In this document: positions 7,617 through 16,663 of the stretch, piece after piece
How the letters are laid out: each line of letters begins with the position of its first letter
Position numbering within the stretch: the stretch's first letter is position 1
NCBI GenBank assembly: GCA_022825505.1
Contig: JAJDWR010000063.1
Location: 161,611 to 225,610 of the forward strand
Source of the DNA: Gammaproteobacteria bacterium
GTDB lineage: Bacteria; Pseudomonadota; Gammaproteobacteria; Steroidobacterales; Rariloculaceae
DNA length: 64,000 bases
Direction: 5' to 3'
Notes under the pieces: model-generated
Told to the model about the DNA's origin: nothing
The model's input: only the letters and a program-made list of their open reading frames with translations
Database searches by the model: none
Position numbers and translations under genes: made by a program

Positions 7617-9161
7617 TTATGCGGTCAGCAACGGTCTGAGCGTCCGAATGTCCTCGACCTCCCCGATCGAATGGACCTGTTCGATCAGCGTGTCCGTGCG
7701 CGCTTCACCCAGTATCGGCGCCATAAGTTCGCGGGCCTTCCCGTTCACCTGATCCGTGGAGAACGGATTCTCCGGGGTCCCCGGGGCGTGGCTCACGAAC
7801 AGATCGACCTGCCGGCCGTCGGTCATGGTGACCTCCACGAAGCCGCTTCGGGGTGCTTCCAAAACGGCCAGTTCCGGGTCCGCGATCAGTTCGATCTTCT
7901 CCCGTGCGGCGACGACTTCCGGATCCGTCATTCGCTCGAAGGAGTGGCTGTTGTCGAAGTCGATGAAGCCGTCCACAAGCGCCACGGCCATGATGTGCTG
8001 CACATTGACGTCGGGCATGCTGCGGCTGTCGACGATCCGGGCACCGTCCTCGGGCAGGCGCAGCAGGATGTGCCCGACGTTGTCGGCGGTCAGCCCGTGC
8101 TGCTCGCGCAGTGCGAAAAAAGCCGAGAGCGGCGACTGTATCGGATACCCCACGGGGAAGGGCTTGATCGCCGTTTCTTCCACGTAGAACCGTGAACCCA
8201 GGCCGGCCACCATTGCTTCGGGATCGGGATCCGTCGACAGGGCGTCAATGACATTGCGCTCGCCCTCCAGTGCATCGGTGACGCCGGTGAAGCCGGCCTG
8301 GACCATGGTTGCCGCGGCCACACCGTTGCGGGCGCCCATGCCGCTGAAGTCGAAGGCCTTCTCAACGTGTTCGGGATCCCGCACCCAACTCCACACGCCG
8401 GATACCTGTTGAACGCCGTAGGAAATGGCGTACCGCATCTGCGTTTCGTCGAACCGTGCCATGGATGCCGCGGCGGCGGTGGCGCCGAATGTCGAACTGT
8501 ATCCTTCGGCGCTTCTACCCCTGGCGCGGACCAGGGCCGGATTGAGCGCCACCAGGAAGCGGCAGCACAGGTCGTAGCCGAGCACCACCGCACGGAGAAA
8601 TTCCGTTCCCGAACTCGCTTGGCGCTCGCCCATCGCCAGCGCTGCCGGGACCACGGAACAACCGGGATGGGCCTTGGTGAAGGGGTGAAAGTCGTCAGTC
8701 TCGTCCGCGTGGGCGAACATCGCGTTGGCAAGCGCGGCGTTGACCGCGGAGGTCATGATGTTGGTTGTCGCCACGGTCGACTCGGGCGTGCCGCCCTGAC
8801 CGCGCACGTAGGCGATGGTGACTTCGCCCGGCCCCAGCTTCGCACCCGATACGATCGCGGCGAAGGTATCCAGGATCCGGTGTTTCGCGGCCAGTACGGC
8901 GGATGTCGGCAATGGGAGATCCCGTGCTTCCGCCATGTAACGGGCGAGCCGCCCGGTCAGGTCCGCGCGTCGCTGCGGCAGCGGCGTCTGGGCCTGTGTC
9001 CGGGGGGCTCTGCCCGGCAATGCTGCAACCGCCAGAGCGCCGCCGGCGCTCCTCAGGACGTTACGCCTCGACAACCGCGGGCAGTCCGGCGTCGATTCCC
9101 CGGGCCGGTTTCCGGTGCTGGATTCGTCCGCAGTCCCGATGATGTCGTCCTGGTCTTTCAT
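7617..9161 (-). CDS. MmgE/PrpD family protein with twin-arginine (Tat) signal
   Basis: The start is taken at MKDQDD (ATG complement 9159-9161) inside ORF 7617..9680. Tat motif LSRRNVLRSAGGALAVAALPGRA. The body matches the MmgE/PrpD (2-methylcitrate dehydratase-like) fold (AAKHRILDTFAAIVSGAKL..., HADETDDFHPFTKAHPGCSVVPAALA). Confidence 0.7.
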   Translation of the reverse strand: MKDQDDIIGTADESSTGNRPGESTPDCPRLSRRNVLRSAGGALAVAALPGRAPRTQAQTPLPQRRADLTGRLARYMAEARDLPLPTSAVLAAKHRILDTFAAIVSGAKLGPGEVTIAYVRGQGGTPESTVATTNIMTSAVNAALANAMFAHADETDDFHPFTKAHPGCSVVPAALAMGERQASSGTEFLRAVVLGYDLCCRFLVALNPALVRARGRSAEGYSSTFGATAAAASMARFDETQMRYAISYGVQQVSGVWSWVRDPEHVEKAFDFSGMGARNGVAAATMVQAGFTGVTDALEGERNVIDALSTDPDPEAMVAGLGSRFYVEETAIKPFPVGYPIQSPLSAFFALREQHGLTADNVGHILLRLPEDGARIVDSRSMPDVNVQHIMAVALVDGFIDFDNSHSFERMTDPEVVAAREKIELIADPELAVLEAPRSGFVEVTMTDGRQVDLFVSHAPGTPENPFSTDQVNGKARELMAPILGEARTDTLIEQVHSIGEVEDIRTLRPLLTA

Positions 9162-9205
9162 ATATTGTTTTTCGGCGGGTATGTCCGGCAAAAAAGGCGG
9201 ATCTA

Positions 9206-9784
9206 CTATGCCCCCAGCAGTTCGGCGTCGAGGAGATCGCAGATGCAGTGAATGATGAGTCCGTGAATTTCCTGGATACGGCTGGTGCGGTGTCCGGGCA
9301 CCCGGATCTCGATGTCGTCCCCGTCCAGCACATCGGCCATCGCGCCGCCATTCCGGCCGGTCAGCGCCACGACGGCGATGCCGCGCTCGTGGGCGGTCCT
9401 GACGGCCCTGACGACATTTTCGGAATTGCCCGACGTGGTGATCGCGAACAGTGCGTCGCCCTTCCGGCCCAGGGCCAGCACCTGTTTGGCGAAGACGTCC
9501 GCGTAGGCATAGTCGTTGGCGATCGCGGTGAGCGCGGAGGTATCGGTGCTCAGGGTGATCGCCGCAAGTCCCGGACGCTCGGTCTCGAACCGTCCGAGCA
9601 ACTCGCCGCTGAAATGCTGGGCGTCGGCTGCCGAGCCGCCGTTGCCGCAACAGAGAATCTTCCCGCCTTCGGCCAGGCACGCAGCAAGCGCGCGGCCAGC
9701 CTCCACAATCGCCGGCGCCAGCGCCTGCGACTCCCGGGCAAGCTCGATGCTCTCGTGAAACTGGTTCAGTACGCGGTCTTGCAT
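9206..9784 (-). CDS. diaA: SIS-domain DnaA initiator-associating protein DiaA (phosphoheptose isomerase-like)
   Basis: MQDRVLNQF..GKILCCGNGGSAADAQHFSGELLGRFETERPGLAAI...EIRVPGHRTSRIQEIHGLIIHCICDLLD parallels E. coli DiaA (NKILCCGNGTSAANAQHF, RFETERPSLPAI, IRIPSHRSARIQE). It sits in the conserved lpoA-yraN-diaA order. Confidence 0.8.
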   Translation of the reverse strand: MQDRVLNQFHESIELARESQALAPAIVEAGRALAACLAEGGKILCCGNGGSAADAQHFSGELLGRFETERPGLAAITLSTDTSALTAIANDYAYADVFAKQVLALGRKGDALFAITTSGNSENVVRAVRTAHERGIAVVALTGRNGGAMADVLDGDDIEIRVPGHRTSRIQEIHGLIIHCICDLLDAELLGA

Positions 9785-9821
9785 GCTTCCGCCAGCACTT
9801 TGCCCGGAAAACGGGAGCCCT

Positions 9822-10262
9822 TCAAGCGCCTCCGCCATCGAAGGCGTTCCTGATCCAGCGCACGGTGGGGGCGGCCCTGTCGATATGGTCGATGCAGAAC
9901 ACGTCGAAACGCAGGCGATGGCCGCTCCACTGCGGGTGCGTCATCAGCAGGTGGCGGGTTGCACGCACGAGTTTGCGCTGCTTGCGAAGGTCCACCGATT
10001 CGCCGGCGCGGGCGAATCGGCTGCTGGCGCGGGCACGCACTTCGACGATGACCAGGGTGGCGCCGTCGAGGCAGACGAGATCCAGTTCACCCAGCCGGCA
10101 GCGATATCGCTGGATCAGCACCCGCAGGCCCTTCCGCTCAAGATACCGGGCCGTGCGCTGTTCCCAGGCGACCCCGCTCCCGGGCCCCGGGGAGGCTTTA
10201 CCTGAGACCCGCGAGTTCAGCGGCGGTTTCGGGAGCGGCGCCCGCCTCCGGTTCGACCGCAA
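9822..10262 (-). CDS. yraN: YraN family protein (UPF0102, endonuclease-like fold)
   Basis: Shows GELDLVCLDGATLVIVEVRAR and RFDVFCIDH, characteristic of UPF0102. It lies between lpoA and diaA as in E. coli. The only in-frame canonical start (10262) overlaps the lpoA 3' end by 65 nt, so the start is uncertain. Confidence 0.7.
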   Translation of the reverse strand: MRSNRRRAPLPKPPLNSRVSGKASPGPGSGVAWEQRTARYLERKGLRVLIQRYRCRLGELDLVCLDGATLVIVEVRARASSRFARAGESVDLRKQRKLVRATRHLLMTHPQWSGHRLRFDVFCIDHIDRAAPTVRWIRNAFDGGGA

Positions 10263-11670
10263 CGGGTAATCCGTCGCGAAATTGCGCGAGGGGAAGTTCG
10301 CGGCGCACGCGGCCGCTCTCGTCGAGACTCAGTTCGCCGGACAGGGCCGGAAACGACGTGAGCGAACCCGGGTTGCCGTGAAGCGCGAGCATCAGGCGGT
10401 AGGCGTCGAAACCGAATCCGTAGAACCGGGTCCACTGCGCCGACGTTCGCTCGGGCCAGTAACGTCGAAGCGCTGCGGCCATGGTCGGCGGAGCGGCATC
10501 CGCCGCCAGCACCCAGGGCGTGTCGGCGAACATCAACCCGTTCAGGTCCCCGTTCTGGCGACTGCTCTCGTAGATGGCCGACGTCGCGTAGGTCGGAATG
10601 TCTCCGGCAAAGTAGAAGCGCAACTGCGGCGCCAGCAGCCGGCCGGATCCGGCGTCGGCGGCGACGAAGATCGCATCGATGTCCTGGCGGCGCCGGGATT
10701 CGAACTCCAGCGGGATGCCGAGATCGGCTCCCAATTGCTGGCGGCGCTGATCGCTCTTGTCGATGTTCAGCACCGTGGTGATCGCCGTGGAAAAATCCTG
10801 ACCGGCGGGATCGTAGGTCCTGACCTGCAGGAGGTGGCCGCCGAGCGCCTCCAGCTCCGACCGAAAGCTGCCGAGCAGACGGTTGCCCCAGTCGTTGCGG
10901 GGAATCAGGGCGACCGCGTTGAGCTCTCCACTCGTCACCGCGTGTCGGGCGACCTGGCTCGCCTCATCCTCCGGCGCCAGCGCAAACTGATAGAGATTGG
11001 GGGCGGACCGGCCGCTTTCGGACGTGTTCAGTGCCAGCGTCGGCGTCTGTCCGGCGCTGTCGATGACGGCCTCGAGTTCAGGCTTCAACAGCGGCCCGAC
11101 GATGAATTCGGCGCCGTCGCCGCGGGCGGCGAGATAGGCTTCCCGGGTTCCCAGCAGGCCGGTGTCATAGATGTGCAGGGCCGGTCCGGCGCGGGCAGCG
11201 GTCTCCCGGCTCAGGTGACGGGCCAGAAAACCATCCTGAATGGCGATTGCGGCCTGTCGCTGCGGCCCGGTCAGGGGCAGCAGCAGCGCGACCCGGGTCA
11301 ATGGCGCGGTCACCTGCGACAGCGCCGCGCGAATCTGCTCCCGAAGCTCCGGAATCCTCTGCGCGTGTTCGGGTGTTGCATCGCTGCCGGCCCTGTCCAG
11401 CCATTCTCCGGCCGTATCGTAGGCGCCCAGTTCCACGAGGACTCCCGCCCCCGCGATCAGGAAACCGCTGAGCTCGCTGCCGCTGGTGGCGCCGACGAGT
11501 TGGGCGTAGATCTGCAGCGCCGGCTCGAATTCCTCCTCCTCGAGCAGCCGCTCAGCCGCCTGCCGCAGCGTGGGTACGTCCACGGGCGCCTGCGCGGGGC
11601 CCATGGTTTCACAGGCCGACAGCATCGCCAGCCCGGCCATCAGGGCCGGGATCCGGAGGCGGTTCAGCAT
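10198..11670 (-). CDS. lpoA: penicillin-binding protein activator LpoA (outer-membrane lipoprotein)
   Basis: The start is taken at MLNRLRIPALMAGLAMLSAC (lipobox LSAC). There is an N-terminal TPR-like region followed by a periplasmic-binding-protein-like domain. It is divergent from rsmI as in E. coli (yraM/yraL). Confidence 0.75.
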   Translation of the reverse strand: MLNRLRIPALMAGLAMLSACETMGPAQAPVDVPTLRQAAERLLEEEEFEPALQIYAQLVGATSGSELSGFLIAGAGVLVELGAYDTAGEWLDRAGSDATPEHAQRIPELREQIRAALSQVTAPLTRVALLLPLTGPQRQAAIAIQDGFLARHLSRETAARAGPALHIYDTGLLGTREAYLAARGDGAEFIVGPLLKPELEAVIDSAGQTPTLALNTSESGRSAPNLYQFALAPEDEASQVARHAVTSGELNAVALIPRNDWGNRLLGSFRSELEALGGHLLQVRTYDPAGQDFSTAITTVLNIDKSDQRRQQLGADLGIPLEFESRRRQDIDAIFVAADAGSGRLLAPQLRFYFAGDIPTYATSAIYESSRQNGDLNGLMFADTPWVLAADAAPPTMAAALRRYWPERTSAQWTRFYGFGFDAYRLMLALHGNPGSLTSFPALSGELSLDESGRVRRELPLAQFRDGLPVAVEPEAGAAPETAAELAGLR

Positions 11671-11715
11671 CGGTAAGGCTTGCACAGTTCGGTCGCTCGC
11701 GGGCAGCATGATCGC

Positions 11716-12558
11716 ATGAGCTCGACTTCCACCGGCACACTCTTTGTCGTCGCAACCCCCATCGGAAACCTGGACGACATCAGCCCGAGGGCGTGTCGAG
11801 TGCTTGAGTCGGTGGATCTGATTGCTGCCGAGGATACTCGTCGCACGCGGGGATTGCTATCGAAGTTTGGCGTCAAAACGCCCACAATCTCCTGCCACGA
11901 TCACAACGAAGCCCGGCAGACTCCCAGGATACTGGAGAGGCTGCAGCGCGGGGAGTCGGTGGCGCTGGTCAGCGACGCAGGCACGCCATTGCTGAGCGAT
12001 CCGGGCCTGTTGCTGGTGCGGGCGGCGCACGACGCCGGTGTTCCGGTGGTCTCGGTCCCTGGTCCGAGCGCGCTGGCGGCAGCGCTGTCAGTTGCCGGCG
12101 AATCCACCGGCCGGTTCGTCTTCGAGGGGTTTCTGCCGCGCCGTCCCGGCCCCCGCCGACGTCGCCTGGAGAGCCTTTCAAGCGAAGCCGCGACCGTCGT
12201 GTTGTTCGAATCGGTGCACCGAGTCCGCGAAACCATGACCGGATTGCTGGAGCAATTCGGATCCGGTCGTCGGGCCAGCATCGTACGCGAGCTCACCAAG
12301 CTCCATGAGCGCGTGCATCGCGGAACGCTTGGGACGCTCACGGAGCAGCTTGGCGGCGAGATTCCCCTGAAGGGCGAGTTCGTGCTGGTGATCGCGGGCG
12401 CAGACGGGGAGGTCGGGCCGGGGGACCGGGAGATCCTGCGGGTGTTCGACCTGTTGGCGGTTGAAGTTTCCAACCGGCAGGCGGCGGCACTGGCCGCCAG
12501 GATTCTCGGCGTATCCCGCAACCGCGTCTACAGGCTCACGCGAGGACGGCCGCTCTGA
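11716..12558 (+). CDS. rsmI: 16S rRNA (cytidine1402-2'-O)-methyltransferase RsmI
   Basis: MSSTSTGTLFVVATPIGNLDDISPRA... is the typical tetrapyrrole-methylase-fold RsmI N-terminus. An upstream TTG at 11680 is an alternative start. Confidence 0.85.
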   Translation: MSSTSTGTLFVVATPIGNLDDISPRACRVLESVDLIAAEDTRRTRGLLSKFGVKTPTISCHDHNEARQTPRILERLQRGESVALVSDAGTPLLSDPGLLLVRAAHDAGVPVVSVPGPSALAAALSVAGESTGRFVFEGFLPRRPGPRRRRLESLSSEAATVVLFESVHRVRETMTGLLEQFGSGRRASIVRELTKLHERVHRGTLGTLTEQLGGEIPLKGEFVLVIAGADGEVGPGDREILRVFDLLAVEVSNRQAAALAARILGVSRNRVYRLTRGRPL

Positions 12559-12570
12559 TAATCTACGCGC

Positions 12571-12911
12571 GGGAGTCGGCCGGGCAGTCGCCGGGAGCAA
12601 TCCCGGAGGAAAGTCCGGGCTTCATTGGGCAGGGTGCCAGGTAACGCCTGGGGGGCGTGAGCCTACGGAAAGTGCCGCAGAAAATATACCGCCGGCCGTG
12701 AGGCCGGTAAGGGTGAAATGGTGCGGTAAGAGCGCACCGCGCAGGTGGTAACACGTGCGGCAGGGTAAACCCCACCCGAAGCAAGACCGAATAGGGGAAC
12801 GATTGCAGTGTGCCCACACGAGTTCCCGGGTAGGTCGCTCGAGGCGTGCGGTGACGTACGTCCCAGATGAATGGCTGCCCTCGACAGAACCCGGCTTACA
12901 GGCCGACTCCC
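12571..12911 (+). ncRNA. rnpB: RNase P RNA, bacterial type A
   Basis: P1 pairing joins GGGAGTCGGCC (12571-) with GGCCGACTCCC (-12911). Universal conserved blocks are present: GAGGAAAGTCCGGGCT, GGTAACGCC, GGGTGAAA, GGTAAACCCCACC and ACAGAACCCGGCTTA. Position between rsmI and mraZ is as in many gammaproteobacteria. Confidence 0.9.
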
Positions 12912-13157
12912 TTTCACTCTCTGCTCCCGGGAGTTCCTTTCGGGACGAAACTGCGCCTTGCCGTCTGGAGGCTTCGCCAGCCGGGCGCCTCGCCGGTCCG
13001 TGAGCCATACGGGAATCATGGCACAGACTGAAGTTCCGTCGATTTCCTAAATTATTACCCAAGAAACGGCATGTAACTTATTGATTATTTGTTGTCCCTG
13101 CGTATCCTCAGCGAGCGAATTTCGCGCCTAACTTACTGTCCCAGCAAAAAAAATGTA

Positions 13158-13230
13158 TTGACACTCAACCAACCCCGTCCATATAGTGTCGAAAAGTGGA
13201 TAAAAATGGATAAATGTGGGAGAAAATGGG
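13158..13230 (+). promoter_or_regulatory. candidate dcw (Pmra) sigma70 promoter plus MraZ operator (four TGGR repeats at 10-bp period)
   Basis: TTGACA (13158-13163) and TATAGT (13182-13187) are separated by 18 nt. TGGA/TGGA/TGGG/TGGG start at 13197, 13207, 13217 and 13227, just upstream of the mraZ ATG (13237). E. coli MraZ binds TGGGN direct repeats with 5-nt spacers. Confidence 0.55.
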
Positions 13231-13236
13231 TTTTAG

Positions 13237-13689
13237 ATGTTCCGCGGTGCCTCACAAATTGCCCTGGATGCCAATGGGAGGATGGCCATCCCAACCCGAT
13301 ACCGGGAGCGCCTCGCCAGCCGCGCTGACGGGCACCTGGTTGCAACGGTCGACAAGGAATGCCTGCTCATCTACCCACTGCCCGATTGGAAGGAATTCGA
13401 AGAGAAACTGATGGCCGTCCCGAATATTAACCCGGTGGCCCGCCGATTTCAGCGCATCAAGATGGGCTATGCCAAGGACTTGCAGATGGACGCGAACGGG
13501 CGCGTGCTGGTGCCGAAAGAACTGCGCGACGTCGCGAAACTGGACAGGCGGGCGATGCTGCTGGGCCAGGGCAACAAGTTCGAGTTGTGGGACGAGAATC
13601 TCTGGAACACGCGACGGGATGAATGGCTGGCGGACGATTTCGGTGAAGGCCTGGAGTTGCCGGCCGAACTCGGATCGCTCTCACTCTGA
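13237..13689 (+). CDS. mraZ: transcriptional regulator MraZ
   Basis: MFRGASQIALDANGRMAIPTRYRERL matches the E. coli MraZ N-terminus ([26 protein letters not shown]). A second SpoVT-AbrB-like half is present (GRVLVPKELRD). Confidence 0.95.
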   Translation: MFRGASQIALDANGRMAIPTRYRERLASRADGHLVATVDKECLLIYPLPDWKEFEEKLMAVPNINPVARRFQRIKMGYAKDLQMDANGRVLVPKELRDVAKLDRRAMLLGQGNKFELWDENLWNTRRDEWLADDFGEGLELPAELGSLSL

Positions 13690-13713
13690 CTGGCTCGAAC
13701 TGTTGAGCGCGCA

Positions 13714-14649
13714 ATGGCGAGTCATCGACCGGTGCTGTTGAATGAAGCATTGGAGGGTCTGGCGGTATATCGGGACGGCTGGTACGTCGACGGTACCTAT
13801 GGCCGCGGCGGACACAGCGCCGGGATCCTTGCGGCGCTGGGGAAACGCGGCAGGTTGCTCGCCCTGGACAAGGACCCCGAAGCTGTGGAACACGCTCGTG
13901 CGACATTCGGCAGCGATCCCAGGTTCTCCGTCCGTTTCGGCGGTTTCGAGAATTTCCGCGCGCTCGTGGCCCCCTGGCTGCGCGGGCAGCGGCTCGCCGG
14001 CACGCTCCTCGATCTTGGTATCTCCTCGGCGCAACTGGACGACGCGCGAAGGGGCTTCAGCTTCTCCGGTGACGGACCGCTCGACATGCGCATGAATCCC
14101 GACGACGGCATCAGCGCCCGGCAATGGCTGCGGCAGGTGGACGAAGCCGAATTGGCGGATGTGCTGCGGCGATTCGGCGAGGAGCCCCGGGCGCGGCGGA
14201 TCGCCAGGGCGATCATCGAAACCCGCGCGTCGACGCCCATCGAAACGACCGGGCAATTGGCAGAGCTTGCGGCGAGGACGGCGGGGCCGGGCAACCGCAG
14301 GATCCATCCGGCGACGCGCGTATTTCAGGCGATACGAATCCACATCAACCGGGAACTCAAGTCCCTGGAGACGGCGCTCGATCAATGCCGCCGGTTACTG
14401 GCCGGCGGCGGCCGGCTGTGCGTCATCAGCTTTCATTCGCTTGAAGACCGCATCGTCAAGCGATTCATGGCCAGACAGGCCAAGGGCGATCCGGTCTACG
14501 CCGGGTTGCCGGACATTCCTCCCGGCGCGGGTCCCACGATGCGCCTCATCGGCGGGCTGACCCGGCCACGGCAAACCGAAGTGGAGGCCAATCCGCGAGC
14601 CCGCAGCGCGCGCCTGCGGGTCGCCGAGCGATTGGGGGCCGTGGCATGA
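13714..14649 (+). CDS. rsmH: 16S rRNA (cytosine1402-N4)-methyltransferase RsmH
   Basis: HRPVLLNEALEGL...DGTYGRGGHS...DLGISSAQLD...ISFHSLEDRIVK are canonical RsmH/MraW motifs. Confidence 0.95.
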   Translation: MASHRPVLLNEALEGLAVYRDGWYVDGTYGRGGHSAGILAALGKRGRLLALDKDPEAVEHARATFGSDPRFSVRFGGFENFRALVAPWLRGQRLAGTLLDLGISSAQLDDARRGFSFSGDGPLDMRMNPDDGISARQWLRQVDEAELADVLRRFGEEPRARRIARAIIETRASTPIETTGQLAELAARTAGPGNRRIHPATRVFQAIRIHINRELKSLETALDQCRRLLAGGGRLCVISFHSLEDRIVKRFMARQAKGDPVYAGLPDIPPGAGPTMRLIGGLTRPRQTEVEANPRARSARLRVAERLGAVA

Positions 14650-14933
14650 CGGGAAGGGGACTGCTGTTCACCACCCTTGCGATCCTGGCCGCAGCAGTCA
14701 CGGCCACTGGCGTACTGGTGATCCAGGCCGAGCATCAGGCCCGCCAGTTGTTCGTGGAGCTGGAAGCGCTCAACCGGGAACGCGACCGGCTGCAGGCCGA
14801 CTGGGGGCGGCTTCAACTGGAAGAGAGTACCTGGGCGACCCACGGGCTGATTGAAGCGATCGCCCGCGAGCGGCTCAACCTCAGGCAGGTGGAGGCCGAC
14901 GAAATCATTCTGGTGGCAGACCCCGATTCATGA
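14646..14933 (+). CDS. ftsL: cell division protein FtsL
   Basis: A 95-aa bitopic protein with a transmembrane helix (LLFTTLAILAAAVTATGVLVI) followed by a coiled coil. It has 4-nt overlaps with rsmH and ftsI. The position is canonical. Confidence 0.8.
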   Translation: MTGRGLLFTTLAILAAAVTATGVLVIQAEHQARQLFVELEALNRERDRLQADWGRLQLEESTWATHGLIEAIARERLNLRQVEADEIILVADPDS

Positions 14934-16663
14934 CAAAACGCAATAAAACCGATTTTGAGAAGTGGAAGCGCTGGCGCACCACGCTGGTAATCCTTGCGTT
15001 CATTTGCGGTGGCCTGGTGCTCGAAGGCCGCATTCTTTACCTGCAGCTCAACCAGCGGGACTTCCTCTCCGCGCAGGGCGACGATCGTTCCCTGCGCACG
15101 GTGCAGATCTCCGCACACCGGGGGACGATCACCGACAGGCACGGTGAACCGCTGGCGGTCAGCACGCCGGTAGACAGCATCTGGGCAAATCCCGAGGACC
15201 TGGCGTCGGCCCTGCATCGAGTGTCCGAACTGGCGGAGGTCCTGGAGGTGGATGAGGACTGGCTCGTACGGCGCGTCACCAGCAATCTGGACCGGGAGTT
15301 CGTCTACCTGCGCAGGCACCTGCCTCCGGACCACGCCGCGAGGGTCCTGCAATTGGGAGTACCCGGTGTAGCGACATTTCGCGAGTACCGGCGCTACTAC
15401 CCGGCGGGCGAAGTGGTCGGCCATCTGCTTGGGTTTACCAATATCGACGATGTGGGTCAGGAGGGCCTGGAGTTCGAATTCGACTATTGGCTCAAGGGCG
15501 AGCATGGCGCCAAGCGCGTGTTGCGCGACCGCCTGGGGCGCATCGTCGAGGACGTGGAACTGGTCGAACCTGCCCGGCCCGGCAGAACCCTGAGGGCCAG
15601 CCTGGATCTCGGGCTGCAGTACCTGGCCTATCGCGAGCTCAAGCAGGCCGTCGCCGATAACGATGCCATTTCCGGTTCGGTAGTGATCCTGGATCCGGCC
15701 ACTGGCGAAGTGCTGGCGATGGTGAACCAACCTTCGTACAACCCGAACAACCGGGCCCAGTACGATGCGTCCCGCTATCGGAACCGCGCGATCACGGACA
15801 TCTTCGAGCCCGGATCGAGCGTCAAGCCCTTCGTGGTGGCCGCAGCACTGGAAAGCGGCCGTTATCAACCGGATTCCGTCATCGACACCTCGCCCGGCAC
15901 ACTCTGGGTCGACGGCCGGGAAATAACCAGCGACAACAATAATCTGGGCGCCATCGATCTGACCACGATCCTGGCTCGATCCAGTAACGTCGGGGCTGCC
16001 AAGCTGGCGCTGGAACTGGATCAGGAGCAGCTCTGGTCGACATTGTCCCGGCTGGGGCTCGGCCGGGTCACCGAGAGCGGGTTCCCGGGGGAATCCGCCG
16101 GAGTGCTCCAGGATGTCCACTTCTGGAATCCGGTGGGCCAGGCCACGCTCTCCTATGGATACGGCCTTTCTGTCACGGCATTGCAACTGGCGCAGGCTTA
16201 CGCGGTGATCGCCGCCGACGGTGTGCGCCGCCCGGTGTCGCTGCTGGCAGTGGACGAGGCGGAGCAGGGCGAGCAGGTCCTGTCCAGACACACGGCCGAA
16301 ACGCTGCAGGGCATGCTGGAGACCGTGGTTCGCCAGGGCACCGGCCGGCGTGCGGCGGTTGCCAATTTCCGCGTGGCGGGCAAGACGGGTACCGCGTGGA
16401 AGTCCGGCGAAGGCGCATACTTCGAAAACCGCTACCTGGCGGTCTTCGGCGGCTTCGCCCCCGTAAGCGATCCGCGGCTGGTGACAGTCGTGGTCCTCGA
16501 CGAGCCGAGACGAACGGCGTACTACGGCGGCGAAGTGGCGGCGCCGATCTTTTCCCGGGTCGTCGCCGGAGGGCTTCGCCTGCTCTCGGTTCCGCCCGAC
16601 GGCCTGAGCGAACCGCCCCTGACCACTCTCACGCAGGGCGCCACTGCCGAGGTGCGCCAATGA
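14930..16663 (+). CDS. ftsI: peptidoglycan D,D-transpeptidase FtsI (PBP3)
   Basis: N-terminal membrane anchor. Penicillin-binding motifs GSSVKPF (SxxK), SSN and KTGTA are present. Canonical position. Confidence 0.9.
   Translation: MTKRNKTDFEKWKRWRTTLVILAFICGGLVLEGRILYLQLNQRDFLSAQGDDRSLRTVQISAHRGTITDRHGEPLAVSTPVDSIWANPEDLASALHRVSELAEVLEVDEDWLVRRVTSNLDREFVYLRRHLPPDHAARVLQLGVPGVATFREYRRYYPAGEVVGHLLGFTNIDDVGQEGLEFEFDYWLKGEHGAKRVLRDRLGRIVEDVELVEPARPGRTLRASLDLGLQYLAYRELKQAVADNDAISGSVVILDPATGEVLAMVNQPSYNPNNRAQYDASRYRNRAITDIFEPGSSVKPFVVAAALESGRYQPDSVIDTSPGTLWVDGREITSDNNNLGAIDLTTILARSSNVGAAKLALELDQEQLWSTLSRLGLGRVTESGFPGESAGVLQDVHFWNPVGQATLSYGYGLSVTALQLAQAYAVIAADGVRRPVSLLAVDEAEQGEQVLSRHTAETLQGMLETVVRQGTGRRAAVANFRVAGKTGTAWKSGEGAYFENRYLAVFGGFAPVSDPRLVTVVVLDEPRRTAYYGGEVAAPIFSRVVAGGLRLLSVPPDGLSEPPLTTLTQGATAEVRQ

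Noticed and set aside
2394-9161. Genomic-island or mobile-element status for the three accessory blocks (2.4-9.2 kb, 30.9-33.3 kb, 49.9-54.2 kb)
   Set aside because: No integrase, transposase, tRNA attachment site, flanking direct repeats or obvious compositional break is visible by eye. They are reported as synteny breaks only, not as mobile elements.
10695-10708. tRNA T-arm-like string (GGAGTTCGAATCCC on the minus strand)
   Set aside because: It lies inside the lpoA coding frame (…EFESRR…). No acceptor, D or anticodon stems can be drawn around it. No tRNA genes were found in the window.
12622-13062. 146-aa and 118-aa minus-strand ORFs, and the plus ORF 12461..12751, overlapping the rsmI-mraZ spacer
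   Set aside because: They overlap the RNase P RNA gene, whose conserved structure explains the sequence. Their translations have no protein-like features.
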